A stretch of DNA of 64,000 nucleotides, from NCBI GenBank assembly GCA_043810025.1, contig JBDRON010000053.1:462-64461 (forward strand), in the 5' to 3' direction. The stretch comes from Elusimicrobiota bacterium. Its GTDB lineage: Bacteria; Elusimicrobiota; JBDRON01. The notes beneath the pieces were generated by a model. The model made no database searches and was not told the DNA's origin. It saw nothing but the letters and a program-made list of their open reading frames with translations. Positions within the stretch are counted from its first letter, which is position 1, and each line of letters starts with the position of its first letter. The position numbers and the translations under genes are program-made. This document shows, piece by piece, positions 9,654 through 19,393 of the stretch.

Positions 9654-12146
9654 ATGAACATGGCGCTGGAAGCAGGCAAGTTTGTTTTGAATGGTCATCC
9701 TTTTTTTATTTATTCCGGGGAGATCCATTATTTTCGGATTGCGCCGGATAAATGGCGGCTGCATCTGCAGAAAGCAAAAAAAGCCGGCCTGAATACGGTT
9801 AGTTCTTATATCCCCTGGATCTGGCATGAACCGGAGGAAGGGAAATTTGATTTTTCCGGTCAAACCCATCCCCAGCGCAATTTAAAAAAATTTCTTCAGT
9901 TGGTGGAAGAGATGGGTTTGTATTTTATTCCGCGGGTCGGTCCGATTTCCAACGCCGAATTGGTTAACGAAGGTTTGCCGGCCTGGCTGTTAAAAAAACA
10001 TCCGGAAATTTATTCTGCGGGAAGCGGGATTATTAATCTGCCGCATGTGACTATTTTATCTTACCTGCATCCTGTTTTTCATGAATATGTTGAAAAATGG
10101 TACAGAAAAGTCCTGCCGATTATTCAAGAAAACCAACTGAGCGCCGGTGGGCGGATGATCCTGCTTCAGCTCTGTAACGAAATCGGGATGGTGGCCTGGG
10201 TCAACAAATGCGGTGATTACAACCCAAACACCGACAAACTTTATCGGCAGTTCCTCAAAGATAAATATCAAAAAATAGATTTTCTTAATCAGGCCTGGAA
10301 GACCAGTCATGCTAATTTTGATCAGCTAATTCAACCGCGGGAAGAAACTACCGGCAAAAATTTCCAGATGTTTTTCGACTGGGCGTTGTTTTATCGCAAT
10401 TATTATGCTTCTTACTTCGCCTCTTTAACCCGGCTGGTTAAGGAGAAAGAAATTACTCTGCCTTTGATTGCCAATATTCCGCAGTTTTACGATTTCGATG
10501 TGCGCGGCCGCGGTGTTTACAGCCCGATGACCACCTCGTTTTACCGCAATTTCCCTGATTATGTCGGTCCGGTAGTGATGGGGGGGGCCTATCAGATGCG
10601 CCGGCTGGATTACGAAAATTTTCATGATATTTCCATTACCACCGAGGCGGTGAGAATGACCAGCCAGTTAAGCCCGCCCGCAGATTTTTACCCGATAAAA
10701 TTAAATCACAAGAATTTTAACGATGCGCTAATTTCTCAGGAAGCGGGAGATACCGATCAATATGTGGAACTGCCCGTTTTTTGCGCTGAACTGCAGTTTG
10801 GAATTATGCGCGACCGTCCTCGTCTTTACCCCAGCGATGTGGAACTAAATTTAAAGACCTCGACCGCTCACGGACTGAACGGATTGAACGGTTATATGTT
10901 TTCCGGCGGGGTAAATCTGCCGGAGTTGGCAGCCTTTGGCCGTTATCATGAATGGCAGGCGCCGGTTTCTTCCACCGGTGAGGAGCGGGACCATTTCCGT
11001 CCGATTCAGGAATTCGGCCGGTTAATCAAAACCTACGGGCAAAAACTTGCCCAAACCAAGAAATTTTCCGATACCGCTCTCGGTTTTTATCTGCCCTATT
11101 TTACCAGCGAATTTTTACATGGTAAATGGGTGGAGCTGTTGGAGGCAAAAAGGAACGGTCTTTTCTTTGACGGGATAGCCCGTCTTCTGCAGTTGGCCGG
11201 CTTAAATTTTTCGATGGTCGATATCCAAAGAGCTTCCTTAAATAAACTGTTGGAATATCCCCGGTTGTGGGTTTTCTCGCTGGAGTTTATGGACCGCGTA
11301 ACTCAAAAAAAATTGACCGACTATGTTAAAGCCGGCGGGATTTTAATCCTGAATCCGGAGCTGCCGGTAAAGGATTTGACCGGGGAAAAAGAGACCTATC
11401 TGGCCGAAGAATTTTCTTTCAATAAATTAGAAAAAATTGCCGGCGCGACTGTCCAATTAAAAGATAAAGGCCCGGTCAAAGATTGCTATGTTTCCGGGGA
11501 TATCTCTGTTTTTCATAGTCCGGAGTCCCAGGTGCTAGCCGAGAGTTCCAGCGGTCATTCCTGCGCGATGATGAAAAAAATTGGCAAAGGTAAATTAATG
11601 TTCTTAGGGTTTGGGTTGTCCCATATTTATGATTATCAGGTCGATTTGGTTAAATCTTGGGCGGCAAAATTGGGGCTCCAACCCAAAATTACTGTCCAGC
11701 CGGCGGACATTCAGGCCGTCTTGCGCAGCGGAGAAGATTTTGCTTTCCTTTTCCTGTTTAATTATCACCAGGTGAGCAAGGAAGTAAAAGTGTCGTTTTC
11801 CCTGGACGGTTCAAAAACGGTTTATCGCCTGCCCGGCAAGAAAAAAATAGTTTTAGAACCAAATCGCGGCTATCTGTTGCCGATAAATTTAAAATTGGAT
11901 GAAGAGTATCGGATCAATTACTCTACCCTGGAAATTTTATCTTTCCAGAAAAAGCCGAAAGAATTAATCCTCCATCTGCGCCAGACCACTCTTCCCACAT
12001 GGGCGGAGATCAGTTTCAACTCCACCCGCTTGCCAAAAAAAGTAAAAGTTGACGGACAACCCGTTAGTTTTAAACGTCAAGGGCAAAATTTCCTCATCTC
12101 TTTTACGGCTCCCGCCGGAACAAAAGAACTTCGGTTACAGTTTTAA
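9654..12146 (+). CDS. glycoside hydrolase family 35-like beta-galactosidase
   Basis: 830 aa. The N-terminus (FVLNGHPFFIYSGEIHYFRIAPDKWRLHLQKAKKAGLNTVSSYIPWIWHEPEEGKFDFSG) matches the conserved GH35 catalytic-domain entry pattern. Confidence 0.7.
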   Translation: MNMALEAGKFVLNGHPFFIYSGEIHYFRIAPDKWRLHLQKAKKAGLNTVSSYIPWIWHEPEEGKFDFSGQTHPQRNLKKFLQLVEEMGLYFIPRVGPISNAELVNEGLPAWLLKKHPEIYSAGSGIINLPHVTILSYLHPVFHEYVEKWYRKVLPIIQENQLSAGGRMILLQLCNEIGMVAWVNKCGDYNPNTDKLYRQFLKDKYQKIDFLNQAWKTSHANFDQLIQPREETTGKNFQMFFDWALFYRNYYASYFASLTRLVKEKEITLPLIANIPQFYDFDVRGRGVYSPMTTSFYRNFPDYVGPVVMGGAYQMRRLDYENFHDISITTEAVRMTSQLSPPADFYPIKLNHKNFNDALISQEAGDTDQYVELPVFCAELQFGIMRDRPRLYPSDVELNLKTSTAHGLNGLNGYMFSGGVNLPELAAFGRYHEWQAPVSSTGEERDHFRPIQEFGRLIKTYGQKLAQTKKFSDTALGFYLPYFTSEFLHGKWVELLEAKRNGLFFDGIARLLQLAGLNFSMVDIQRASLNKLLEYPRLWVFSLEFMDRVTQKKLTDYVKAGGILILNPELPVKDLTGEKETYLAEEFSFNKLEKIAGATVQLKDKGPVKDCYVSGDISVFHSPESQVLAESSSGHSCAMMKKIGKGKLMFLGFGLSHIYDYQVDLVKSWAAKLGLQPKITVQPADIQAVLRSGEDFAFLFLFNYHQVSKEVKVSFSLDGSKTVYRLPGKKKIVLEPNRGYLLPINLKLDEEYRINYSTLEILSFQKKPKELILHLRQTTLPTWAEISFNSTRLPKKVKVDGQPVSFKRQGQNFLISFTAPAGTKELRLQF

Positions 12147-12159
12147 GATAATGTATAGT

Positions 12160-12360
12160 AATTCCAATGTTGTTGAAGTGTTTCTCCTTTGAAATGTGTT
12201 GTAGGGAACGGTCGCGACCGTTCCTTTGTGTGTTCCCCCTTTTGAGGGGGACTGAGGGGGATTTTAAAATATTGACAAAATCTCCCCTACCCCTCTTTAT
12301 AAAGAGGGAAAAAAACGTCACAGATAGGTAAAGTTCCGAGCGAAGCTTGGACTAACTTGG
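12160..12360 (+). repeat. mosaic multi-hairpin element, copy 2, with a nested REP-like palindrome (12201-12225)
   Basis: Head AATTCCAATGTTGTTGAAGTG, then GTAGGGAACGGTCGCGACCGTTCC, then the four-hairpin body ending GGACTAACTTGG. Confidence 0.7.
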
Positions 12361-12390
12361 CGGCAGTCATCCCTGTTCCTTTTAAAATTT

Positions 12391-13032
12391 ATGCAATGTA
12401 GGAAACAACGTCCCCTAAGTTTATTTTTCCTCATTTTTTTGCACTCCGCTGGGACAGTTTTTTGTTTGGGCAAAAAAACTGAACCGTTGCCGGCAGAAAT
12501 TTTAATTGTGGACGACTTCAATAACGGTCCCGCAGGAACCAATAATTTAGGCGGTGAACGCGGGGTTTGGGTGGACAAGCCTGAAGCGATGGACAGCGAC
12601 TGTGTGGTATCGTTTGACAGGAAGGATAAAGTAGGCCGGCAAGGATATTCTTTACAGTTAAGTTATACGGTGGATAGTTTGCGTCCGTCGGCCAACGGTT
12701 ACTGGACAAAATTAAACGGTTTGGACGCGCGTGGCTATCGCTGGCTTGTTTTGTCTGTTAAAGGCAATCCCAAAACCAAGTTCACTACACAATTAAAGAT
12801 TGAGCTAAAAAATCAGGATCAAATCGGGGTTTATGAAATCAAGGAAATAACCAGGCGCTGGAAAAAAATTATTATCCCCTTAAATCAGTTTGCCGGCATC
12901 ACCCGATTCGACAACCTCACCGAGCTAACCATAGATTTCGAAAAAAATTTCGTTACTTCCCTTAAAGGCGAACTAAACATCGACAACATCTACTTTTCCA
13001 CTGAAGAAAACCCTGCTGCAAATTTGCGTTGA
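12391..13032 (+). CDS. secreted hypothetical protein, possibly carbohydrate-binding-module-like
   Basis: Signal peptide and a beta-rich composition. No confident family assignment. Confidence 0.4.
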   Translation: MQCRKQRPLSLFFLIFLHSAGTVFCLGKKTEPLPAEILIVDDFNNGPAGTNNLGGERGVWVDKPEAMDSDCVVSFDRKDKVGRQGYSLQLSYTVDSLRPSANGYWTKLNGLDARGYRWLVLSVKGNPKTKFTTQLKIELKNQDQIGVYEIKEITRRWKKIIIPLNQFAGITRFDNLTELTIDFEKNFVTSLKGELNIDNIYFSTEENPAANLR

Positions 13033-13058
13033 CACGCCTGTATTATATTTTGTATAAT
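13029..13058 (+). promoter_or_regulatory. sigma70-like promoter of lexA (TTGACA-18-TATAAT, TG-extended) overlapping an AT-rich inverted repeat ATTATA-N5-TATAAT
   Basis: TTGACA at 13029-13034, TGTATAAT at 13051-13058, ATG at 13067. Confidence 0.5.
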
Positions 13059-13066
13059 TTAGTATA

Positions 13067-13678
13067 ATGTTAACCAAAAAAGAAATTGATACGATTAAAC
13101 ATATTCGAAACTTTCTTGTTCACGAGGGCGAAATGCCGACCTACCGTAAACTTATGGCGGCTTTGGGCTACAAATCTCCGCGGTCAGTTACTTTGTTGGT
13201 TAATCAACTAATTAAGAAAAAAATATTAAAGAAAACTTCTAATGGAAGAATACGGATGTTAAATTACTCGGAAGAGAATAACGGCCAGGCCCAAACAATA
13301 AGCGTTCCTTTGCTCGGGCGGATAGCCTGCGGCCGGCCTTTGCTGGCCGAAGAAAATATCGAAGGAATGATCCCTGTTTCGATTAAGTTAGCCCGTCTGC
13401 CGCACAAATATTTTTTGTTAAAAACCAAAGGTGATTCCATGAATGAAAAAGGAATCAATGACGGCGATTTGGTTTTGGTCAGACAGCAGAATACGGCAAA
13501 CAACGGGGACTTAGTTGTTGCTTTAATTGATGGAGAATCAACAATAAAAGAATTCATCAAGTCGGAAGGCGCAATTATCTTGAAACCCCGTTCCTCAAAC
13601 AAGAACCACAAACCGATTATTTTGACCCAAGATTTTCAAATCCAGGGGATTGTCGTTTCAGTGATAAAAGGATTGTAG
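13067..13678 (+). CDS. lexA: LexA repressor (S24 peptidase)
   Basis: N-terminal winged HTH. C-terminal autocleavage module with the catalytic Ser in GDSM and the Lys ([14 protein letters not shown]). Confidence 0.9.
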   Translation: MLTKKEIDTIKHIRNFLVHEGEMPTYRKLMAALGYKSPRSVTLLVNQLIKKKILKKTSNGRIRMLNYSEENNGQAQTISVPLLGRIACGRPLLAEENIEGMIPVSIKLARLPHKYFLLKTKGDSMNEKGINDGDLVLVRQQNTANNGDLVVALIDGESTIKEFIKSEGAIILKPRSSNKNHKPIILTQDFQIQGIVVSVIKGL

Positions 13679-13748
13679 GATTGCCGGGTGTGCCAAAATT
13701 ATTAGACAGCAAAAAGGGAAAAAAATACAAAAATTGATAGGAGGGGGT

Positions 13749-14252
13749 ATGTCGAATAATATTTTTGAACAGATCAAGAAAGTTAACGAGTATGGCCAAG
13801 AGTACTGGAGCGCCAGAGCTCTCTGTACATTATTAGGATATACCGAATATGGTAAATTTCTGCCGGCGATAGAAAGAGCTAAAGAATCTTGCAAAAACAG
13901 CGGGCAAAAGATTGATGATCATTTCGCTGGCGTGAGCGATATGATAACTATCGCTACCGGGACCCCCAAAGAAACTCAGCGGCCTGTAGATAACTATCGT
14001 CTTTCCCGGTATGCCTGTTACCTGATTGCGCAAAACGGAGATCCTCGTAAAGAAGAGATAGCAATAGCTCAAACTTACTTCGCAATTCAAACACGGAAAC
14101 AGGAAGTTCACCAACAGCTAATCGAAGATAATAAGCGCGTACATCTGCGCAATGAAATGAAAACGCATAATAAACAGTTAGCTCAAGCGGCCAAAGAAGC
14201 CGGTGTAATTAATTATGCTAATTTTCAGGACTACGGATATTTGGGAGGGTAA
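13749..14252 (+). CDS. DNA-damage-inducible protein D (DinD) family, truncated paralog (N-terminal two-thirds only)
   Basis: Matches E. coli DinD from the FWSAR motif through NKQL..AGV ([13 protein letters not shown]...[16 protein letters not shown]...[12 protein letters not shown]) but stops after about 170 aa. ATG at 13749 with a GGAGGGGG RBS. Lies 70 bp downstream of lexA. Confidence 0.8.
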   Translation: MSNNIFEQIKKVNEYGQEYWSARALCTLLGYTEYGKFLPAIERAKESCKNSGQKIDDHFAGVSDMITIATGTPKETQRPVDNYRLSRYACYLIAQNGDPRKEEIAIAQTYFAIQTRKQEVHQQLIEDNKRVHLRNEMKTHNKQLAQAAKEAGVINYANFQDYGYLGG

Positions 14253-14255
14253 ACA

Positions 14256-15113
14256 ATGAGTCATTTAATAGCAAAAGAATATAAATCATTTGAAGAGATA
14301 AAGCATCTTTCGGAGGATGGCCATGAATTTTGGTATGCCCGTGAGCTGGCCATGGTACTTGAATATGTGCAATGGCGTAATTTCGTGAAAGTTTTGGAAA
14401 GGGCAATGCTTGCTTGCAAAAACAGCGGGTATGCGGTTCTGGATCATTTTGCTGAGGTCAGCAAAACGATAAATATGCCTAAAACTGCTACTAAAGAAGT
14501 TGTTGATTTTAGACTCACTCGGTATGCCTGTTATTTAATTGTTCAAAATGGAGACCCACGAAAAGAAGTTATTGCATTGGGGCAAACCTATTTTGCCATT
14601 CAAACCAGGCGGCAGGAAGTAGCCGATTACTTTAATCAACTTGATGAGGATAACAAGCGTTTGGTAATAAGGGGCGATATTAAGCAATGGAACCAGATGC
14701 TTGCCGAGGCCGCTCACAATGCGGGTGTTATGAGCGATGAGGAATATGCCGCTTTTCAGAATGCTGGTTATATGGGGTTGTATGGCGGAATGAAGGTCGA
14801 GGATATTCATAAAAAAAAGGGGATAAGGAAAAACGACCGGGTTCTTGACTTTATGAGCAGTACAGAGTTAATTGCAAATTTATTTAGAATATCTCAGACT
14901 GAAGAAAAATTAAAAAAAGATACAACAGCAACTGCTGATGCTGCTAATGAAATACATTTTATCGTTGGGAAAGAGGTTCGAGGCACGATTGAACGAGTGG
15001 GCGGCACAATGCCGGAAGATTTGCCCACTCCAGACAAAAGTATCAGTGATGTTGAGCGAAAACAGTTAAAAAAACTTAAAAATTCTCCAAAAAAATTAAT
15101 GCTTGATGAATGA
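14256..15113 (+). CDS. dinD: DNA-damage-inducible protein D (DinD) family, full length
   Basis: Collinear with E. coli DinD over its whole length, including the C-terminal STELIANLFRISQTEEKLKK...GTMPEDLPTP. RBS lies within the 3' end of the upstream paralog. Confidence 0.85.
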   Translation: MSHLIAKEYKSFEEIKHLSEDGHEFWYARELAMVLEYVQWRNFVKVLERAMLACKNSGYAVLDHFAEVSKTINMPKTATKEVVDFRLTRYACYLIVQNGDPRKEVIALGQTYFAIQTRRQEVADYFNQLDEDNKRLVIRGDIKQWNQMLAEAAHNAGVMSDEEYAAFQNAGYMGLYGGMKVEDIHKKKGIRKNDRVLDFMSSTELIANLFRISQTEEKLKKDTTATADAANEIHFIVGKEVRGTIERVGGTMPEDLPTPDKSISDVERKQLKKLKNSPKKLMLDE

Positions 15114-15342
15114 TGAGCAACTGGAATGAGGTCGTTCGTGGTCAATATTGAACCGCAATCAGGAAAAACTGTGGTGTCCAGCGATAATTTTCTTGGTGAG
15201 AAAAAGAGAAAACAGCTAGATTAAATACTTCCGATTGACTTGACAATATTTAACTAATAAAATGCTTTATATTATTGCATAAAGTAGCCAGAAAATCGGG
15301 AGTCTTCCTTCAATTAAGAAATTAAATAGAAAGAGGTGTTGA

Positions 15343-15633
15343 ATGCAGAATTTGCTTAACGAATTAACCGAACTGCTGGCCAAAGATGAACGGCTTGTTG
15401 TTGAAGGGAAGCTGCTAAAGAATAAAATCATTGAGCTTGCTCTGGGGATGGATGCGGACTTAATCAAGCTTCTCTTGAAAAACAAAAGCATTAAGAAGCA
15501 TTTTTTTGCAGAAGCGGGAGATGTGCTTGTTTTCGATAAAATCAAATTTCAGCATTTCGTTTCCAATAAAGAATTTCTCCCCGACAGTTACACCGCTTTT
15601 AAGAATAAGATCGGCCTGATGAACGAACGATAA
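15343..15633 (+). pseudogene. N-terminal remnant of a restriction-modification-type DNA methyltransferase (Mod-like)
   Basis: The 96-aa ORF ...KKHFFAEAGDVLVFDKIKFQHFVSNKEFLPDSYTAFKNKIGL resembles the N-terminal leader of type III/IIG adenine methyltransferases. No catalytic domain follows. Assigned from recalled similarity only. Confidence 0.3.
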
Positions 15634-15840
15634 GATGGCTGGGTATTTGTAAGGAGCTGGGATTATAATCTGACGCAAACCATTCCTCATGGCTGGCAAG
15701 AGATCGAGATTAAGGATTTTCTTAAATTTACTCTGAAAAGATGATAGCTATTGCCGGGATTTACCAATGAATAGTTTCTTAATCTGAGAATAGTGGTTGC
15801 TTGGAAAATTTGACAAAAAACCTCTTCATATTTTTGACTT

Positions 15841-15868
15841 TGTACGGAACGGTCGCGACCGTTCCGCA
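15841..15868. repeat. REP-like palindrome TGTACGGAACGGTCGCGACCGTTCCGCA
   Basis: Perfect 28-bp palindrome. Member of the GGAACGGTCGCGACCGTTCC family. Confidence 0.7.
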
Positions 15869-15954
15869 CTATACCATCTCGGGTATGCTCGCACCTTTCG
15901 GGTACAAAAATATTTTGCTGTTTTACGTTTCGGTTTTTTGGCTGGCCATCCATA

Positions 15955-15983
15955 TTGACTCTAAATTTAAAATAATCTAAAAT
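15955..15983 (+). promoter_or_regulatory. candidate promoter for the cas operon (TTGACT-17-TAAAAT)
   Basis: Sequence motifs only. Lies about 170 bp upstream of cas3. Confidence 0.3.
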
Positions 15984-16154
15984 AATATATACAATTACAG
16001 GATAATGTCCAATTTCAGGGAGAGGTTGTAAATGCCCCAAAAGATTGCTCATGTAAAACAAAATGCCATGGTTCATGGGCGCCCGCTCATAAACTTTCTG
16101 ACCATTTACAAGGCGTTGCCGAAAGGGCATTCTTATCAAGGAGCAGGTTAAGAA

Positions 16155-18647
16155 ATGAATAATCTACAGAAATGTATTGCTCATCGCGGAAAAAATGGTT
16201 CAATACAAACCCTTGAATGTCATCTGGAGGAAGTATCTGATAAAACAGGTAAATTTGCTGCGAAGATTGGATTAAAAGAACAGGGAGAATTGATAGGCCT
16301 TTTACATGATATCGGAAAAGCAAGCGAGGAATTTCAGAGATATATTCAATCGGCAACAGGTTTGATCAATTCTGATGAAGACGATTATGTTGATACATCA
16401 GGGATGAAAGGTAAAATTGACCATTCCAGTGCTGGGGCACAAATAATTGCGCGGCACCTTTTAGATAAAGGGAACGAGACTGTTTTTGCCAAACAGTTAT
16501 TATCATTGTGCATTGCGTCTCACCATTCAGGGCTAATTAATTGTATCGCACCTGATGGTACCGATGTGTATTCAAAAAGAATGTCAAAACCGACGGACAA
16601 AACTCATTTTGATGAAATATATTCGAAGATTGATGATGCGCAACGCAAGAGAATAGAACAAGCATTACAATCAAAGGATATTACCAAAACTTTAAAAGAT
16701 CAGCTTAATAATTTGTGTGAAAAAAACAGGGATTCAAAAGAAACATTGATGTTCAAATATGGTTTGATGGTACGGTTTCTTTATAGTTGTCTAATAGATG
16801 CTGACCGATTAAGTACAGCTGATTTTGATTATCCGGCAACAGCAAAAATCAGAAATAACGGTAACTATATTTCTTGGAGCGAATTGATTAAACGATTCAG
16901 AGTGAAATTACGAAGCTTTAAGGGCAAAAAAAATACAATTGACAAATTGCGGCAGAATGTATCAGACCACTGCCGTGAATTTGCCGATAAACCGAAAGGT
17001 CTGTATCAATTAACCGTCCCGACTGGCGGAGGAAAAACACTGTCCAGCCTGCGTTTTGCGTTGCATCACGCCCAAGCGCATGGGATGGACAGGATAATGT
17101 ATGTTTTGCCCTACACAACCATAATAGACCAGAATGCCGATGAAGTTAGGCAGATTCTTGAAGATAAAGATGAGACCGGAAAATACGCTGGGCGGGTTGT
17201 TCTGGAACATCATTCAAACCTAACTCCCGATGAAGAAACTGTACAACAAAAAGTACTTGCCGAAGATTGGGATGCCCCAGTAGTCTTTACGACTGTTGTA
17301 CAGGTTTTGGATGCCTTGTTCGGTTCAGGAACGCAGACTGCGCGCCGTATGCACCAGCTGGCAGATGCAGTGATAATATTTGATGAAGTCCAATCTCTTC
17401 CTATTAAATGCGTTCAAATGTTTAACTTGGCGATCAGATTTTTAGTTCATAACTGCGGCTCAACAGTTGTGCTTTGTACGGCTACCCAACCGCTTTTAAA
17501 TCAAATAAAGCCGGAATCCAGGGCTTTGACGATTGCTCCTAATCAACAGATAATACCAGACATTCAAAAACTATTCAAGGATTTAAAACGTGTTAAAGTT
17601 ATTGATCGATGTAGAGTTGAGAAATGGAACTTAACCGATATAAAAATATTGATTGCCCAAGAACTAAAAATAGCAGGCAGTGTTTTAGTAATAGTGAACA
17701 CAAAGAAAGCGGCAAGAGAAATTTATCAGCAATGCAATAACGATATGCAAGCAAAAGTATATCATTTAAGCACTTATATGTGTCCGGCGCATCGTACGGA
17801 GAAATTGAGAGAAATAACAGCAGGTTTAGAAAATTTAAAGAATAACGAACCGAATAAAGAGCCGATTATTTGCGTAAGCACTCAGCTTATTGAGGCGGGT
17901 GTTGATATTGATTTTGGAGCGGTCATTCGTTCGCTGGCCGGTCTTGATTCTATGGCGCAAGCCGCTGGCCGGTGCAACAGACATAATGAACGAGGTGAAC
18001 CTGGCAGAGTTACAATAATAAATCCGGTAAACGAAAATATTGATGAAATAAAAGAAATTAGGATCGGGAGAGAAAAGGCCGAACGCGTTCTTGGCGAATA
18101 TAAAAAGAACCCCGATATTTTTGATAGAGATATTCTAGGACACAAAGCAATAGAATGTTATTATCAGTATTATTTTTATGACAGAACAAATGACATGAAT
18201 TATCCCGTCAGCAGTAAGTCAGTTGTAAAAAGAAATGACAATTTGTTCATTTTGCTTTCCACAAATACGACTTCTATTGGAGAGTATAAGCGTATCAATA
18301 AAGTATTTCCAGCAATCCCTTTAAGATACTCGTTTATGGCGGCAGCAAAAACTTTTAATGTAATTGATTCGCCCGCGCGTGGTATTGTTGTGCCTTACGG
18401 ACAAATGGGACGGGAAATAATCAACAAACTTTGTTCCGCGTTCGATATTGAGAAACAATACCTTCTTATAAAGGAGGCACAACGATATTCTGTAAATTTA
18501 TTTGAAAATGATTTAAAGAAATTGGGTTGTGCTGTTTGTGAAGTTCAAAAAGGGTCAGGGATTTTATATCTTGACGAGCGTTATTACAGCGATGACTTTG
18601 GGATAAGTGAAAAACCGGTAAACGAGATGGGGTTACTAAACCGCTGA
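16155..18647 (+). CDS. cas3: Cas3 HD-nuclease/helicase, type I-C
   Basis: N-terminal HD motifs (H..HDIGK, SHHSG). DEAD/DEAH helicase motifs (GGGKT, DEVQ). C-terminal domain. 830 aa. Confidence 0.92.
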   Translation: MNNLQKCIAHRGKNGSIQTLECHLEEVSDKTGKFAAKIGLKEQGELIGLLHDIGKASEEFQRYIQSATGLINSDEDDYVDTSGMKGKIDHSSAGAQIIARHLLDKGNETVFAKQLLSLCIASHHSGLINCIAPDGTDVYSKRMSKPTDKTHFDEIYSKIDDAQRKRIEQALQSKDITKTLKDQLNNLCEKNRDSKETLMFKYGLMVRFLYSCLIDADRLSTADFDYPATAKIRNNGNYISWSELIKRFRVKLRSFKGKKNTIDKLRQNVSDHCREFADKPKGLYQLTVPTGGGKTLSSLRFALHHAQAHGMDRIMYVLPYTTIIDQNADEVRQILEDKDETGKYAGRVVLEHHSNLTPDEETVQQKVLAEDWDAPVVFTTVVQVLDALFGSGTQTARRMHQLADAVIIFDEVQSLPIKCVQMFNLAIRFLVHNCGSTVVLCTATQPLLNQIKPESRALTIAPNQQIIPDIQKLFKDLKRVKVIDRCRVEKWNLTDIKILIAQELKIAGSVLVIVNTKKAAREIYQQCNNDMQAKVYHLSTYMCPAHRTEKLREITAGLENLKNNEPNKEPIICVSTQLIEAGVDIDFGAVIRSLAGLDSMAQAAGRCNRHNERGEPGRVTIINPVNENIDEIKEIRIGREKAERVLGEYKKNPDIFDRDILGHKAIECYYQYYFYDRTNDMNYPVSSKSVVKRNDNLFILLSTNTTSIGEYKRINKVFPAIPLRYSFMAAAKTFNVIDSPARGIVVPYGQMGREIINKLCSAFDIEKQYLLIKEAQRYSVNLFENDLKKLGCAVCEVQKGSGILYLDERYYSDDFGISEKPVNEMGLLNR

Positions 18648-18664
18648 TCAAAAGGAAGGTTCTT

Positions 18665-19393
18665 ATGGAAAAAGAAAACAAAGCAGAGTTCAAAGTATCA
18701 GGCAAGTATGCACTTTTTACCGACCCGCTTACAAAAATTGGCGGAGAAAAATGTTCTTATCATATTCCCACTTATGAGGCATTGAAAGGAATCATTAGTT
18801 CTGTATACTGGAAACCGACTATTGTTTGGATTATTGATAAGATCAGAGTTGTTAGCCGCATACGCACTCAGACCAGAAGCACAAAACCGCTTGATTTTAA
18901 CGGCGGCAATTCTCTTGCTATTTATACTTATCTTGCTGATGTGGAATACCAGGTACAGGCGCATTTTGAGTGGAACTTACATCGTCCTGATTTGGAAAAA
19001 GATAGAAACGAGAATAAACATTTTTTTGTTGCACGGCGCATGATAGAAAAAGGCGGTAGGAGGGATATTTTTTTAGGTGCCCGGGAATGTCAAGGATATG
19101 TAGAACCATGCAAATTCGGCGAGGGTAAAGGTGATTATGATGGTTATGGTGAGTTGGCTTTTGATTTGATGTTTCATGGTTTTGATTACCCTGATGAATC
19201 GGGTAAAGACGAGCTTTATGCGAGATTTTGGAAAAACATCAAAATGATAGATGGTGTAGTTAAGTTTCCGTATCCAGGGGAATGCACGATTAGAAAATTT
19301 GTAAGGCCGATGAAAGCCCAGACTATGCAAACAAGCGGATTAAAAGAAGAGGGGTTGCTTGAAAGTTATGTTGAGTCGGAGGTGGCGCAATGA
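18665..19393 (+). CDS. cas5: Cas5c (Cas5d) type I-C
   Basis: 242 aa. Conserved Cas5c N-terminus (KVSGKYALFTDP...SYHIPTYEALKGI). Confidence 0.9.
   Translation: MEKENKAEFKVSGKYALFTDPLTKIGGEKCSYHIPTYEALKGIISSVYWKPTIVWIIDKIRVVSRIRTQTRSTKPLDFNGGNSLAIYTYLADVEYQVQAHFEWNLHRPDLEKDRNENKHFFVARRMIEKGGRRDIFLGARECQGYVEPCKFGEGKGDYDGYGELAFDLMFHGFDYPDESGKDELYARFWKNIKMIDGVVKFPYPGECTIRKFVRPMKAQTMQTSGLKEEGLLESYVESEVAQ

Noticed and set aside
13035-13066. ATTATA-N5-TATAAT inverted repeat in the lexA promoter as the SOS box
   Set aside because: Entirely A/T, overlaps the -10 hexamer itself, and has no second occurrence at dinD or the cas-embedded DinD-like gene that I could see by eye. Could be chance. Needs proper motif discovery.
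15687-16139. 150-aa minus-strand ORF in the region upstream of cas3
   Set aside because: It covers a REP palindrome and the AT-rich putative cas promoter, has no recognisable domains, and has low-complexity composition. More likely non-coding leader/promoter DNA.
16031-16150. Short plus-strand ORF (MPQKIAHVKQNAMVHG...) just before cas3 that vaguely resembles a Cas3 N-terminus
   Set aside because: Similarity is limited to an IAH tripeptide. Too weak to call a duplicated cas3 5' fragment.
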